This document shows, in pieces, positions 1 through 6,852 of a stretch of 64,000 nt of DNA. The stretch is taken from NCBI GenBank assembly GCA_038046765.1, contig JBBSVN010000007.1:18102-82101 (forward strand), written 5' to 3'. Positions within the stretch are counted from its first letter, which is position 1. Each line of letters starts with the position of its first letter. This DNA comes from Candidatus Micrarchaeota archaeon. GTDB taxonomy: Archaea; Micrarchaeota; Micrarchaeia; Anstonellales; Bilamarchaeaceae. A program made the position numbers and the translations under genes. The notes below the pieces were generated by a model. The model was not told the DNA's origin. It did no database searches and worked only from the letters and a program-made list of their open reading frames with translations.

Positions 1-161
1 CTTGAAATTCCTTTTTGATCAGTTCTTGGACTCACCCATTTTAAACCCGCGAGTTGATGCTGATCTTCCAAGGCTTTTGCAACTTCCCATGCACGTTCTA
101 CTGCACTTGCTCTTTTACTTGCTCTAATTCTTTCTTGAATCGATAAAACCTGACTAGACAT
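1..161 (-). CDS. Partial CDS (first 53 codons; continues past window start), unknown function
   Basis: ATG at 161-159 (minus strand), open to position 1 (MSSQVLSIQERIRASKRASAVERAWEVAKALEDQ...). Absent from the ORF track because it is truncated. No recognisable motif. Confidence 0.35.
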   Translation of the reverse strand, partial: MSSQVLSIQERIRASKRASAVERAWEVAKALEDQHQLAGLKWVSPRTDQKGIS

Positions 162-298
162 AAAGATATTAAGATTCCAAAGAATTTTTAAAGATATGGT
201 AAAGAGAGTTAAATAAAGTAGTATTTAAAAATCAATTAAACAAAGAAAAATAAAAAATAATAAAAGAAAAAAATAAAAAAAAAAGAATCGCTCGGTGT

Positions 299-862
299 TT
301 ATTCAGTTACAATTAATTGTCCGCCCATTGTACTATGGCCAGATCCGCAGAATACTGAACATTTAAAACTAAACGTTCCAGATTTGTCTGCTACGAACGT
401 GGTTTCTTTTGTTTGACCTGCTGATGCGAACAAGTTTACGTTGAATTGCGAAATTGAAATCCCATGATCAACATCAACGCTGTTTAAGATTAATTTAACT
501 GTATCTCCTTTTTTGACTGTTGCAGTTCCAGGAGAGAAATCCCATTTTTTAGCAGTGAATTTTACTTCAACAACCTTTGGTTCGCTCGTAACTGTTGGAG
601 CTGGTGCGTTTGTAGTTGGTTTTGTTTCTGGCGCAGCTTGTTCGGTAGTTGTTGATGGCGTAGCTGAAACTGTTGGTTTAGTTTCACTTGGAGCGACTGT
701 TTCTGTTTTAGCCTCGCTTGCTGGCGCGTTTGGCGTAGTTGTTTTTTCTACATTTGCGCTTACAGTTGTCTTGTCTGTTGCTGGAATTGTTTTTGATTCA
801 GTACTTCCTGCACAACCAAATAATAGTGCAAATAACATTATCGATAATATAACTAATTTCAA
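299..862 (-). CDS. Secreted lipoprotein with a C-terminal CuA-like cupredoxin domain
   Basis: Signal peptide plus lipobox (MKLVILSIMLFALLFGC). About 85 aa of Thr/Pro/Ala/Glu-rich linker. C-terminal beta-rich domain with DHG...FKCSVFCGSGHSTMGGQLIV, i.e. C-x3-C-x3-H-x2-M as in the COX2 CuA site (CSELCGxxHxxM). Confidence 0.75.
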   Translation of the reverse strand: MKLVILSIMLFALLFGCAGSTESKTIPATDKTTVSANVEKTTTPNAPASEAKTETVAPSETKPTVSATPSTTTEQAAPETKPTTNAPAPTVTSEPKVVEVKFTAKKWDFSPGTATVKKGDTVKLILNSVDVDHGISISQFNVNLFASAGQTKETTFVADKSGTFSFKCSVFCGSGHSTMGGQLIVTE

Positions 863-974
863 ATTATCACCTTTATTTTTTTATGCTTCTCTAGATATTT
901 TGACTTGTCTTGATTTAATAAGAATTTTGATTAAATAAACGATAAAACGAATAATTTATAAAAAACTTGTTTTT

Positions 975-1050
975 GTACCCACAAAAGTAAAATGAAAACT
1001 GTGGGTGTAACTGTTATACCCACTACATTTAAATATTTATGTGGGTATAA
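975..1050. promoter_or_regulatory. Putative operator/promoter of the Fic gene: four ACCCAC/GTGGGT boxes, including a perfect 10-nt inverted repeat bracketing a TATA-like box
   Basis: TTATACCCAC (1014-1023) and GTGGGTATAA (1041-1050) are perfect reverse complements. Their 17-nt spacer is TACATTTAAATATTTAT. Further boxes: ACCCAC at 977-982 and GTGGGT at 1001-1006. The Fic ATG is at 1064. Confidence 0.5.
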
Positions 1051-1063
1051 CTTTTTGATACAT

Positions 1064-2029
1064 ATGGGAATAAAAAAAAGAGTGATTAGGGGTAATGCAT
1101 ACTACTACTTAGAAAAAAATATCCGTATCGGAGAAAGTAATTGGAAAACATTCTATATTTATTTAGGTTCAGCTAAGCCTTTAGTAAAAGAACTTAAAAA
1201 ATACGAAAAAATCCTTGCTAAAAAAATAGACATATTCCTAAGAAATCACGTAATTAAGCCAGGAACAGAATTTATTGATTCTAAAACAGCACTACTTTTA
1301 GAACGGATAAAAACATCAAACAGTAAGATACTTTCTAAACTAAGTAAAGACAAGAGAAATGCACACATAAAGACTCAAAGAGAAGCGTTTATAACAAATA
1401 CAAATGCGATTGAAGGAAGCAGATTAACATTAGACCAAACAAAAAGGATACTTGAACTTAAAAAAGAGTATAATTCTAAAGATAGAGAAGAAATAGAAGT
1501 TATAAATATGGGAAAATGTCTTGAACTTTATGATGAAATGCTAAATAAAAAAATTGATTTGAAAGAAGAAAAGATTTTGTATCTTCACCTAATCCTGCTT
1601 AAGGCAATTCCCGATTACGAGTCTTACACAGGAACATGGAGACCAGTTAATGTATATATTAGAGGTTCGAAATACGAATTTCCGCATTGGAAAGAAGTTC
1701 CAAAAATGGTTAAGGAACTTTTAAGCTGGTATGTGGAAAATAAAAATAGAATTCATCCGGTTGAATTAGCTGCAAAGTTTCACTCTAAGTTTGTAACAAT
1801 ACATCCTTTTGCAGATGGAAACGGAAGGATGGCCAGGTTATTGCTTAACTATATATTAGAGCTAAACGGGTTTCCTTTTGTCGATATTCCATTTTCAAAA
1901 AGAGATGAATACTTTAAAACGCAGGAAGAAGGGCATTTTGGAAAGTATAACTCATTTGTTAATTTCTTAGTTGAAGAGATAAAGAAGCAATTTAAGGATT
2001 TGAAAAAAGAATTTAGGAAAAAGAATTAG
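1064..2029 (+). CDS. Fic/DOC family protein (putative AMPylase / NMP-transferase)
   Basis: Canonical Fic motif HPFADGNGRMARLL (HxFx[DE]GNGRxxR). Start moved to the internal ATG at 1064 (MGIKKRV...) because the upstream part of the ORF overlaps the palindromic promoter region. Confidence 0.85.
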   Translation: MGIKKRVIRGNAYYYLEKNIRIGESNWKTFYIYLGSAKPLVKELKKYEKILAKKIDIFLRNHVIKPGTEFIDSKTALLLERIKTSNSKILSKLSKDKRNAHIKTQREAFITNTNAIEGSRLTLDQTKRILELKKEYNSKDREEIEVINMGKCLELYDEMLNKKIDLKEEKILYLHLILLKAIPDYESYTGTWRPVNVYIRGSKYEFPHWKEVPKMVKELLSWYVENKNRIHPVELAAKFHSKFVTIHPFADGNGRMARLLLNYILELNGFPFVDIPFSKRDEYFKTQEEGHFGKYNSFVNFLVEEIKKQFKDLKKEFRKKN

Positions 2030-3468
2030 TCAACCGTCGCAATAAATCCTTCTTCCTTTGCATCGTTTGCATATACTAAAAGCTTTCTTTTTGTAACGCT
2101 ATTTGGAGTTAAGCCATTTAGAAACTTTTGGTCAATATCCCCAGCTAAAACAGGAATTCCTGCTTCTCTAAATGCTCCGTTAAAATGAGACTGCAGACCA
2201 AAGTTTTTTTCTTCACATAAAGCTACGGCACTTACGTTTGAATGATCTGCGAATGTAACTTCTTTGAGCTGCATAAGATTAAACGCGGTTCCGTCGGGAA
2301 GTTTTAGAATTAATATGTAATCCGAAAGAGAGTCATTTATCGAACCAAGTTCTTCTAATCCATCGATACTGTCAATGTAAACAACGTTGTTAGACTTCTT
2401 GATTGACCTACCAAATACAGAACTACCAAAATTTCTTGGGTCGCTATACGGATCTCTATCAACATTCAAAATTTTTGCTGAATCAGGTATGTCTGGTTTT
2501 TTTACATCTTCAAATAAAACAGGAGCGCATTGTAAAATTGACCAGTTCACCATTGAAGATGAAAACTCGTGATAAGATGAACCTGAAATGTGTTGCTTTA
2601 AGTGATTTAAAATTTCTTGTAACCCATTAAATCCGTCTTCAAAAATTTCGCCCATTTTACTTAGAAGGTCTCGAATTAATTTTGTACCACTTGACCTACC
2701 TGAAGGATCTTTAAGGTTTGTTGCATGGTCAAGATTTCCCTCAGACAGCAATAGTGCTCCGGCTATATTACTATCCATGCTCATGCGATCAAACACTTTA
2801 TGATTTAGGTGACTGGATAAACAGGATCTAGACCACATATTATTCGCTCCTCCGATTCCAGTTCCAATCGTAAGTAATGATTCTTCTCCTCTAAAACGAG
2901 TAATTACATTAACATGATATGGTGTTCCGTAAACCTGTTCGCTAAAATCAAATCCTGCTACTGGCATAACTAAAACGCCTGGGTTTTCATCCATTGGTAA
3001 ACCCACTCGTTTTTTAAATGCTAAGACATCTCTTGAAAAGTCACTTGCTAAAATTCTTTTTGCGATTTGTTCTAATTTTTGCATGCTCTCTTCTGTTCTA
3101 TCAGCTAGCATAAAATCAGTATGCCATAATCCGACTCCAGCTGGTGTGCATTCATCAGAGCGAACAGCAACATACAAGCCTCTGAATGGATCAACAGATT
3201 CTCTTAATGCTTCTTTTTCTTCTCTATTAAAATCAGTTTTTTCGATCGCACGTTCTGATTCTTTATTTCTACTATCTGCTCCAGCTCGTGCTAGAAAAGG
3301 TCTCCATAAAAATGGAGTAATTGCGATTGAAGGCGGATAAAATATCCACGTATTAGCTTCTTCCAAGGTTTCAAAAACAGGTTTTTTTTCTCTTAGCGCT
3401 CGGCTTTTTGCTCCAGTATGATTTTGGCCAATAGTTTCCCTTGTTAGTCTAATATCAACTGAACGCAT
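2026..3468 (-). CDS. PEP-utilising-enzyme-like protein (PPDK_N-type ATP-grasp plus swivelling His domain); putative phosphotransferase
   Basis: LYVAVRSDECTPAGVG resembles VAVRSSAxxEDxxxxSFAGQ of PEP synthase/PPDK N-domains. C-terminal QSHFNGAFREAGIPVLAG resembles the phosphohistidine swivel motif TSHAAIVARELGIPAVVG. No PEP/pyruvate TIM-barrel domain is present. Confidence 0.4.
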   Translation of the reverse strand: MRSVDIRLTRETIGQNHTGAKSRALREKKPVFETLEEANTWIFYPPSIAITPFLWRPFLARAGADSRNKESERAIEKTDFNREEKEALRESVDPFRGLYVAVRSDECTPAGVGLWHTDFMLADRTEESMQKLEQIAKRILASDFSRDVLAFKKRVGLPMDENPGVLVMPVAGFDFSEQVYGTPYHVNVITRFRGEESLLTIGTGIGGANNMWSRSCLSSHLNHKVFDRMSMDSNIAGALLLSEGNLDHATNLKDPSGRSSGTKLIRDLLSKMGEIFEDGFNGLQEILNHLKQHISGSSYHEFSSSMVNWSILQCAPVLFEDVKKPDIPDSAKILNVDRDPYSDPRNFGSSVFGRSIKKSNNVVYIDSIDGLEELGSINDSLSDYILILKLPDGTAFNLMQLKEVTFADHSNVSAVALCEEKNFGLQSHFNGAFREAGIPVLAGDIDQKFLNGLTPNSVTKRKLLVYANDAKEEGFIATVD

Positions 3469-3498
3469 ATTTCCGGGCTGGTTAAAGGTTAATTGCAG

Positions 3499-3900
3499 TT
3501 ACTTCACCAACCTAAACTTAAACCCGTAATGAATTAAGCCTTCTGGATCGTCCTTTTGAATAACCCTAAAAACAGATTCAACTCTGTCGCCTGTTTTCAT
3601 ATCATTAGCGTGAGCATCTACGATTTGCGTAGTTAATCTTGCTCCTTCATCTAATTCGATAATCGCTAAAACATACGGAATCTGGTCTTCAAAACCAGCG
3701 GGTGGTGCGTGTATTTCTGTAAATGCATAAATTTTTCCTTTCCCGGAAAATTGTATTTCTTCTAGTTTTCCCTTTCTTCTACAAGTTGGGCAGACAGCTC
3801 GTTTTGGAAAATATGTTTTGTGGCAGGTTATACATTTAGTACCAAGTATTCGGTAACGCTCGGGTATTCTTCTCCATGTTAATGGTATTGATTGACGCAT
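3499..3900 (-). CDS. DUF35 family Zn-ribbon/OB-fold protein (thiolase-associated scaffold)
   Basis: Four-Cys ribbon CITCHKTYFPKRAVCPTCRRKG followed by an OB-like C-terminus. The size (133 aa) and the thiolase in the same cluster fit the archaeal DUF35 family. Confidence 0.75.
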   Translation of the reverse strand: MRQSIPLTWRRIPERYRILGTKCITCHKTYFPKRAVCPTCRRKGKLEEIQFSGKGKIYAFTEIHAPPAGFEDQIPYVLAIIELDEGARLTTQIVDAHANDMKTGDRVESVFRVIQKDDPEGLIHYGFKFRLVK

Positions 3901-3917
3901 GTTTATCTACCTCATAA

Positions 3918-4220
3918 TTACATTTCTTCAATTGGTTGACCAGTTAATGGACAACAAGGAATTGGACTTGATTTGATAAATGGACTATCTGGAGCCATCA
4001 TTAATGAGCATAAACCATAGAAATGAGCCGTACGAATTGTTGCTTTTGTGTCTGGCCTAACTCCAGTCGTCATTTCTCTAAATTTGCAATATTGTGACGT
4101 TAATTTCCCGAGTCGATGCATTAATCGCTTTCCACGAAATCCACGAGTATGTGCATGTACGTATAAATCTCCTAAATTTGCTACAGTTACTTTTCCGTTT
4201 TGAAGTTTTAGTTGTGTCAT
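3918..4220 (-). CDS. Paralog A of the MxQKLKLxxGKVTV N-terminal-module family (100 aa), unknown function
   Basis: Start reassigned to the ATG at 4220 (MTQLKLQNGKVTVANLGDL...YCKFREM). The N-terminal module is shared with three upstream genes. The C-terminus is Cys-rich and unique (PIPCCPLTGQPIEEM). Confidence 0.6.
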   Translation of the reverse strand: MTQLKLQNGKVTVANLGDLYVHAHTRGFRGKRLMHRLGKLTSQYCKFREMTTGVRPDTKATIRTAHFYGLCSLMMAPDSPFIKSSPIPCCPLTGQPIEEM

Positions 4221-4225
4221 ATAAA

Positions 4226-4849
4226 TCACCATCTCCAACGTGTAGGGCGACCACAAAAATCATATTCAGCAGGACGCATAACCCTGTGGCCATAATCGTC
4301 AAAAATACCTTCTTTATCTCTTTGTATTGCTCTTTGATGGACTGCTTCAAGTTCAATGTCTCTACGTTCTTGTTCGACTACAATTTCTACTCTATCAGCT
4401 AGAACTTCGATTTTCTTTAGCATAACATCTAATTGATCTGATAGCGGTCTTAATCTTTTTTGACCAAGTTCAATTTCTGGAATATCTTTTTCCATTTTAT
4501 TTACTGTCTCGAGCGATGTTTCTATTTCACTTAATAGATCATTTGCGTTTGTTTTTATCGCAATTCCCCTAAATGTGTATAAATCTGTTTTCATTTTTGG
4601 TATAAATTCTTTAATTTCTTCTAAGACTTCGAACATGTTTTGGAGGTGTCTGCTCAAAACAGCTTCGTTAACTTCCGGTTTATCACAGGCAACTTTTAAT
4701 GATTCTTGATCTCCTGCAAAACCTTTAAACCGAAGAAATTGCTCCACTAATCTATCTGAACTTCTTCCCTTTTGTTTGCATATTTGATGTAGTGCGAATA
4801 AAGTATTGACAGTTACTTTTCCGTCCATTAATCTTAGTTTTTGTTGCAT
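4226..4849 (-). CDS. Paralog B of the same family (207 aa), unknown function
   Basis: MQQKLRLMDGKVTVNTLFAL...QFLRFKG N-terminal module. Coiled-coil-like middle region. C-terminal EYDFCGRPTRWRW motif shared with paralog D. Confidence 0.65.
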   Translation of the reverse strand: MQQKLRLMDGKVTVNTLFALHQICKQKGRSSDRLVEQFLRFKGFAGDQESLKVACDKPEVNEAVLSRHLQNMFEVLEEIKEFIPKMKTDLYTFRGIAIKTNANDLLSEIETSLETVNKMEKDIPEIELGQKRLRPLSDQLDVMLKKIEVLADRVEIVVEQERRDIELEAVHQRAIQRDKEGIFDDYGHRVMRPAEYDFCGRPTRWRW

Positions 4850-4860
4850 AAATATTTACC

Positions 4861-5232
4861 TTATAAATCTAGTAATCTTTTCGTTCTTATTGCTGCAGGT
4901 CTATCCGCTTCCTTTACAAAATCTGGTTCACTTGGCGGAAGATCTCGTTCTGCAAAAGCACGAGCTTCGCTCTTAAAAGGATATTCTCCCAAAGAAGTTG
5001 TACCTAACCTTTGCGCTAATTCATCAGCGTAATCTGGTTGCATTCGTCTAGCTTTTTTATCCATCTTTGCAAAGCCATCTCCGATAGAATCTGGAAGAAT
5101 CTTTTCTCTAAATCTTTTAAGTTCAAAAGCTAAGGTTCGATATGTACTTCTACTTGTAAATCGACCACCAGCGAGTTGATCGACATGTTCAGCAGTTACT
5201 TTTCCGTTAGTTAGTTTTAGTTTCTGTTGCAT
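4861..5232 (-). CDS. Paralog C of the same family (123 aa), unknown function
   Basis: MQQKLKLTNGKVTAEHVDQL...FELKRFRE N-terminal module; unique C-terminus. Confidence 0.65.
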   Translation of the reverse strand: MQQKLKLTNGKVTAEHVDQLAGGRFTSRSTYRTLAFELKRFREKILPDSIGDGFAKMDKKARRMQPDYADELAQRLGTTSLGEYPFKSEARAFAERDLPPSEPDFVKEADRPAAIRTKRLLDL

Positions 5233-5250
5233 AAATATCTCCTTTAAAAT

Positions 5251-6222
5251 TTAATAAACACCGGAACTCCCGTACGATCGACCTGCACCAACCTTCGCAC
5301 TAATCTTATCCTGTTCGATTTCCTCTTTAGTGCGCTTTCGTTCTAGTAGTGGAAGATCTGTATACGCAAGAGTTGGTGCTGGAATATCTGGTCTTAAAGT
5401 CATCCAATTACTCCTAGGACGGCCGCAAATATCATAATCTCCTCTGTAAGGTATTCTACCTGTTTCAAAATAAGCATCATTAGCTTCAATTCTTCTTGCC
5501 CTCGCGGTTGCATCGAGTTCCGCTTCATGTCTCCTTCTAATCCCTGCGTTTTCCTTATCAACGCGTTCTCTATTTTTTTCAATATCTTCATCGCGCTTAT
5601 ATACCGACATGATATAAAGTATATACTCTAAATCAGTTAGGGTTACTGTTTGTATTTCTTGCCTTTCTTCATGTCCGAAAAGTTTCATTAAAGCAGCGTT
5701 GAACGGATGTTGGAGTTGATCTTTGTATCTATTAATTAAAACCTGGCTCGGATCTTCTTTACGTGCCTTGTTGTAAGCATCCATTAGCTCTGCATCATCA
5801 AGTTGTCCTGATTCAAAATATTTTTTACTTATTTCTTGCCAGTTTTCTCCTTTTTTAGCAGAAGCGATACATAATTCAAATAAATCATTTAGAGTTATCT
5901 TTTCTTGTTTGGGAATTGGCTTAGCAACTTCTGCAGCGATTGGTTTTTCTTGTTTCTCATCCTGTTTAATAATCTGGGGGTTTACTGGAGCGTCACTTTG
6001 TAATTTAGTCAACATGTCTTTAGCAAATGTATTAAGATCTCTAATGCCTCGCCTAAGTCTATCCTCAGAAGAAGTTGTACCTATATCCATCATATTTCTA
6101 AATCTGCGAATTTCTGAATATAATTTATCTGGGGTTCTCCCATTTTCACGTGCTCTTCTAGCTAGTACACTTACCTGTTTAGTTGTTACTTTTCCTTCTT
6201 GAAATTTTAGTTTTTGTGTCAT
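5251..6222 (-). CDS. Paralog D of the same family (323 aa), unknown function
   Basis: Start reassigned to the ATG at 6222 (MTQKLKFQEGKVTTKQVSVL...EIRRFRNM). Two further internal copies of a KxTLxDLxxL-type module (EKITLNDLFELCIAS, QTVTLTDLEYILYIM). GDYDICGRPRSNW motif as in paralog B. Confidence 0.65.
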   Translation of the reverse strand: MTQKLKFQEGKVTTKQVSVLARRARENGRTPDKLYSEIRRFRNMMDIGTTSSEDRLRRGIRDLNTFAKDMLTKLQSDAPVNPQIIKQDEKQEKPIAAEVAKPIPKQEKITLNDLFELCIASAKKGENWQEISKKYFESGQLDDAELMDAYNKARKEDPSQVLINRYKDQLQHPFNAALMKLFGHEERQEIQTVTLTDLEYILYIMSVYKRDEDIEKNRERVDKENAGIRRRHEAELDATARARRIEANDAYFETGRIPYRGDYDICGRPRSNWMTLRPDIPAPTLAYTDLPLLERKRTKEEIEQDKISAKVGAGRSYGSSGVY

Positions 6223-6252
6223 AAATTTACCTAGGTTCATCATTTTGATTAA

Positions 6253-6528
6253 TTATTCTGTAACAACATTTGTGTTATTTGCTCGGACTAGTATTATTTC
6301 CTCTTCATGTTCCCTTATCTGTACTAAAACTTTGCACCAACGAGTTCGGGTAGCAATACGAGCTAAGCTTATACCAAAATGACATTGATCTGGGTCTTCT
6401 TCGTAACCCATCCTAACTTTACGGCTCGCATCTTTAAATTTAATAAAAGAACTGTGTTCAATGTCGATCTTAAGATCAGAATTGTCTTTGGCACGCGTAT
6501 TAACTTTAGTAAAACGAATTTGGTTCAT
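6253..6528 (-). CDS. Hypothetical protein (91 aa)
   Basis: ORF with SD-like GGTGAATAACTT preceding the ATG. Tightly packed in the co-directional cluster. No recognisable motif. Confidence 0.5.
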   Translation of the reverse strand: MNQIRFTKVNTRAKDNSDLKIDIEHSSFIKFKDASRKVRMGYEEDPDQCHFGISLARIATRTRWCKVLVQIREHEEEIILVRANNTNVVTE

Positions 6529-6551
6529 AAGTTATTCACCATTTTTAAAAT

Positions 6552-6788
6552 TTAATAAATACTTTTACCTGTGCAACCACCGTAGTAGTGTCTTCGGACG
6601 CTTGTATTAGATATAGTTCGATCTGCAATAAACTTTGCTCTGGTTTCTGCTTCAAGAGTATCTGTCGCAGAAAAGAATCGTCTTAATACTAATTGTCTTT
6701 CAAGTTCCTGTGCTCGTTTTTCAAGTACTGCTCGTTCTGATGGCGAAACTCTTTGCAATTTTATTGCTTGACTTTTTAATAATTTCAT
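6552..6788 (-). CDS. Hypothetical coiled-coil protein (78 aa)
   Basis: Start placed at the third codon (GGTAAATGTTTATGAAATTA context). Sequence MKLLKSQAIKLQRVSPSERAVLEKRAQELERQL..., with C-terminus RRHYYGGCTGKSIY. Confidence 0.45.
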   Translation of the reverse strand: MKLLKSQAIKLQRVSPSERAVLEKRAQELERQLVLRRFFSATDTLEAETRAKFIADRTISNTSVRRHYYGGCTGKSIY

Positions 6789-6852
6789 AAACATTTACCT
6801 TTTTTTTCGTTTGCTACTAGCAACTCGCCCATTGCTCAAAGCTCATGGCTTA

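Noticed and set aside
513-938. 141-aa plus-strand ORF overlapping the cupredoxin gene
   Set aside because: It is antisense to a gene with clear motifs. Its Val/Gly/Ala-rich sequence is the mirror of the Thr/Pro/Ala linker, so it is a shadow ORF.
2387-3340. Small plus-strand ORFs (2387..2572, 2403..2630, 3083..3340)
   Set aside because: They are antisense to the 480-aa PEP-utilising-like gene and have no independent signals.
4078-4402. ORFs 4078..4356 (-) and 4094..4402 (+) overlapping paralogs A and B
   Set aside because: They are out of frame with the paralog genes, which carry the conserved N-terminal module and SD-ATG contexts. They have no motifs of their own.
5400-6202. ORFs 5400..5591 (-) and 5909..6202 (+) inside paralog D
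   Set aside because: They are alternative-frame or antisense ORFs within a longer, better-supported CDS.
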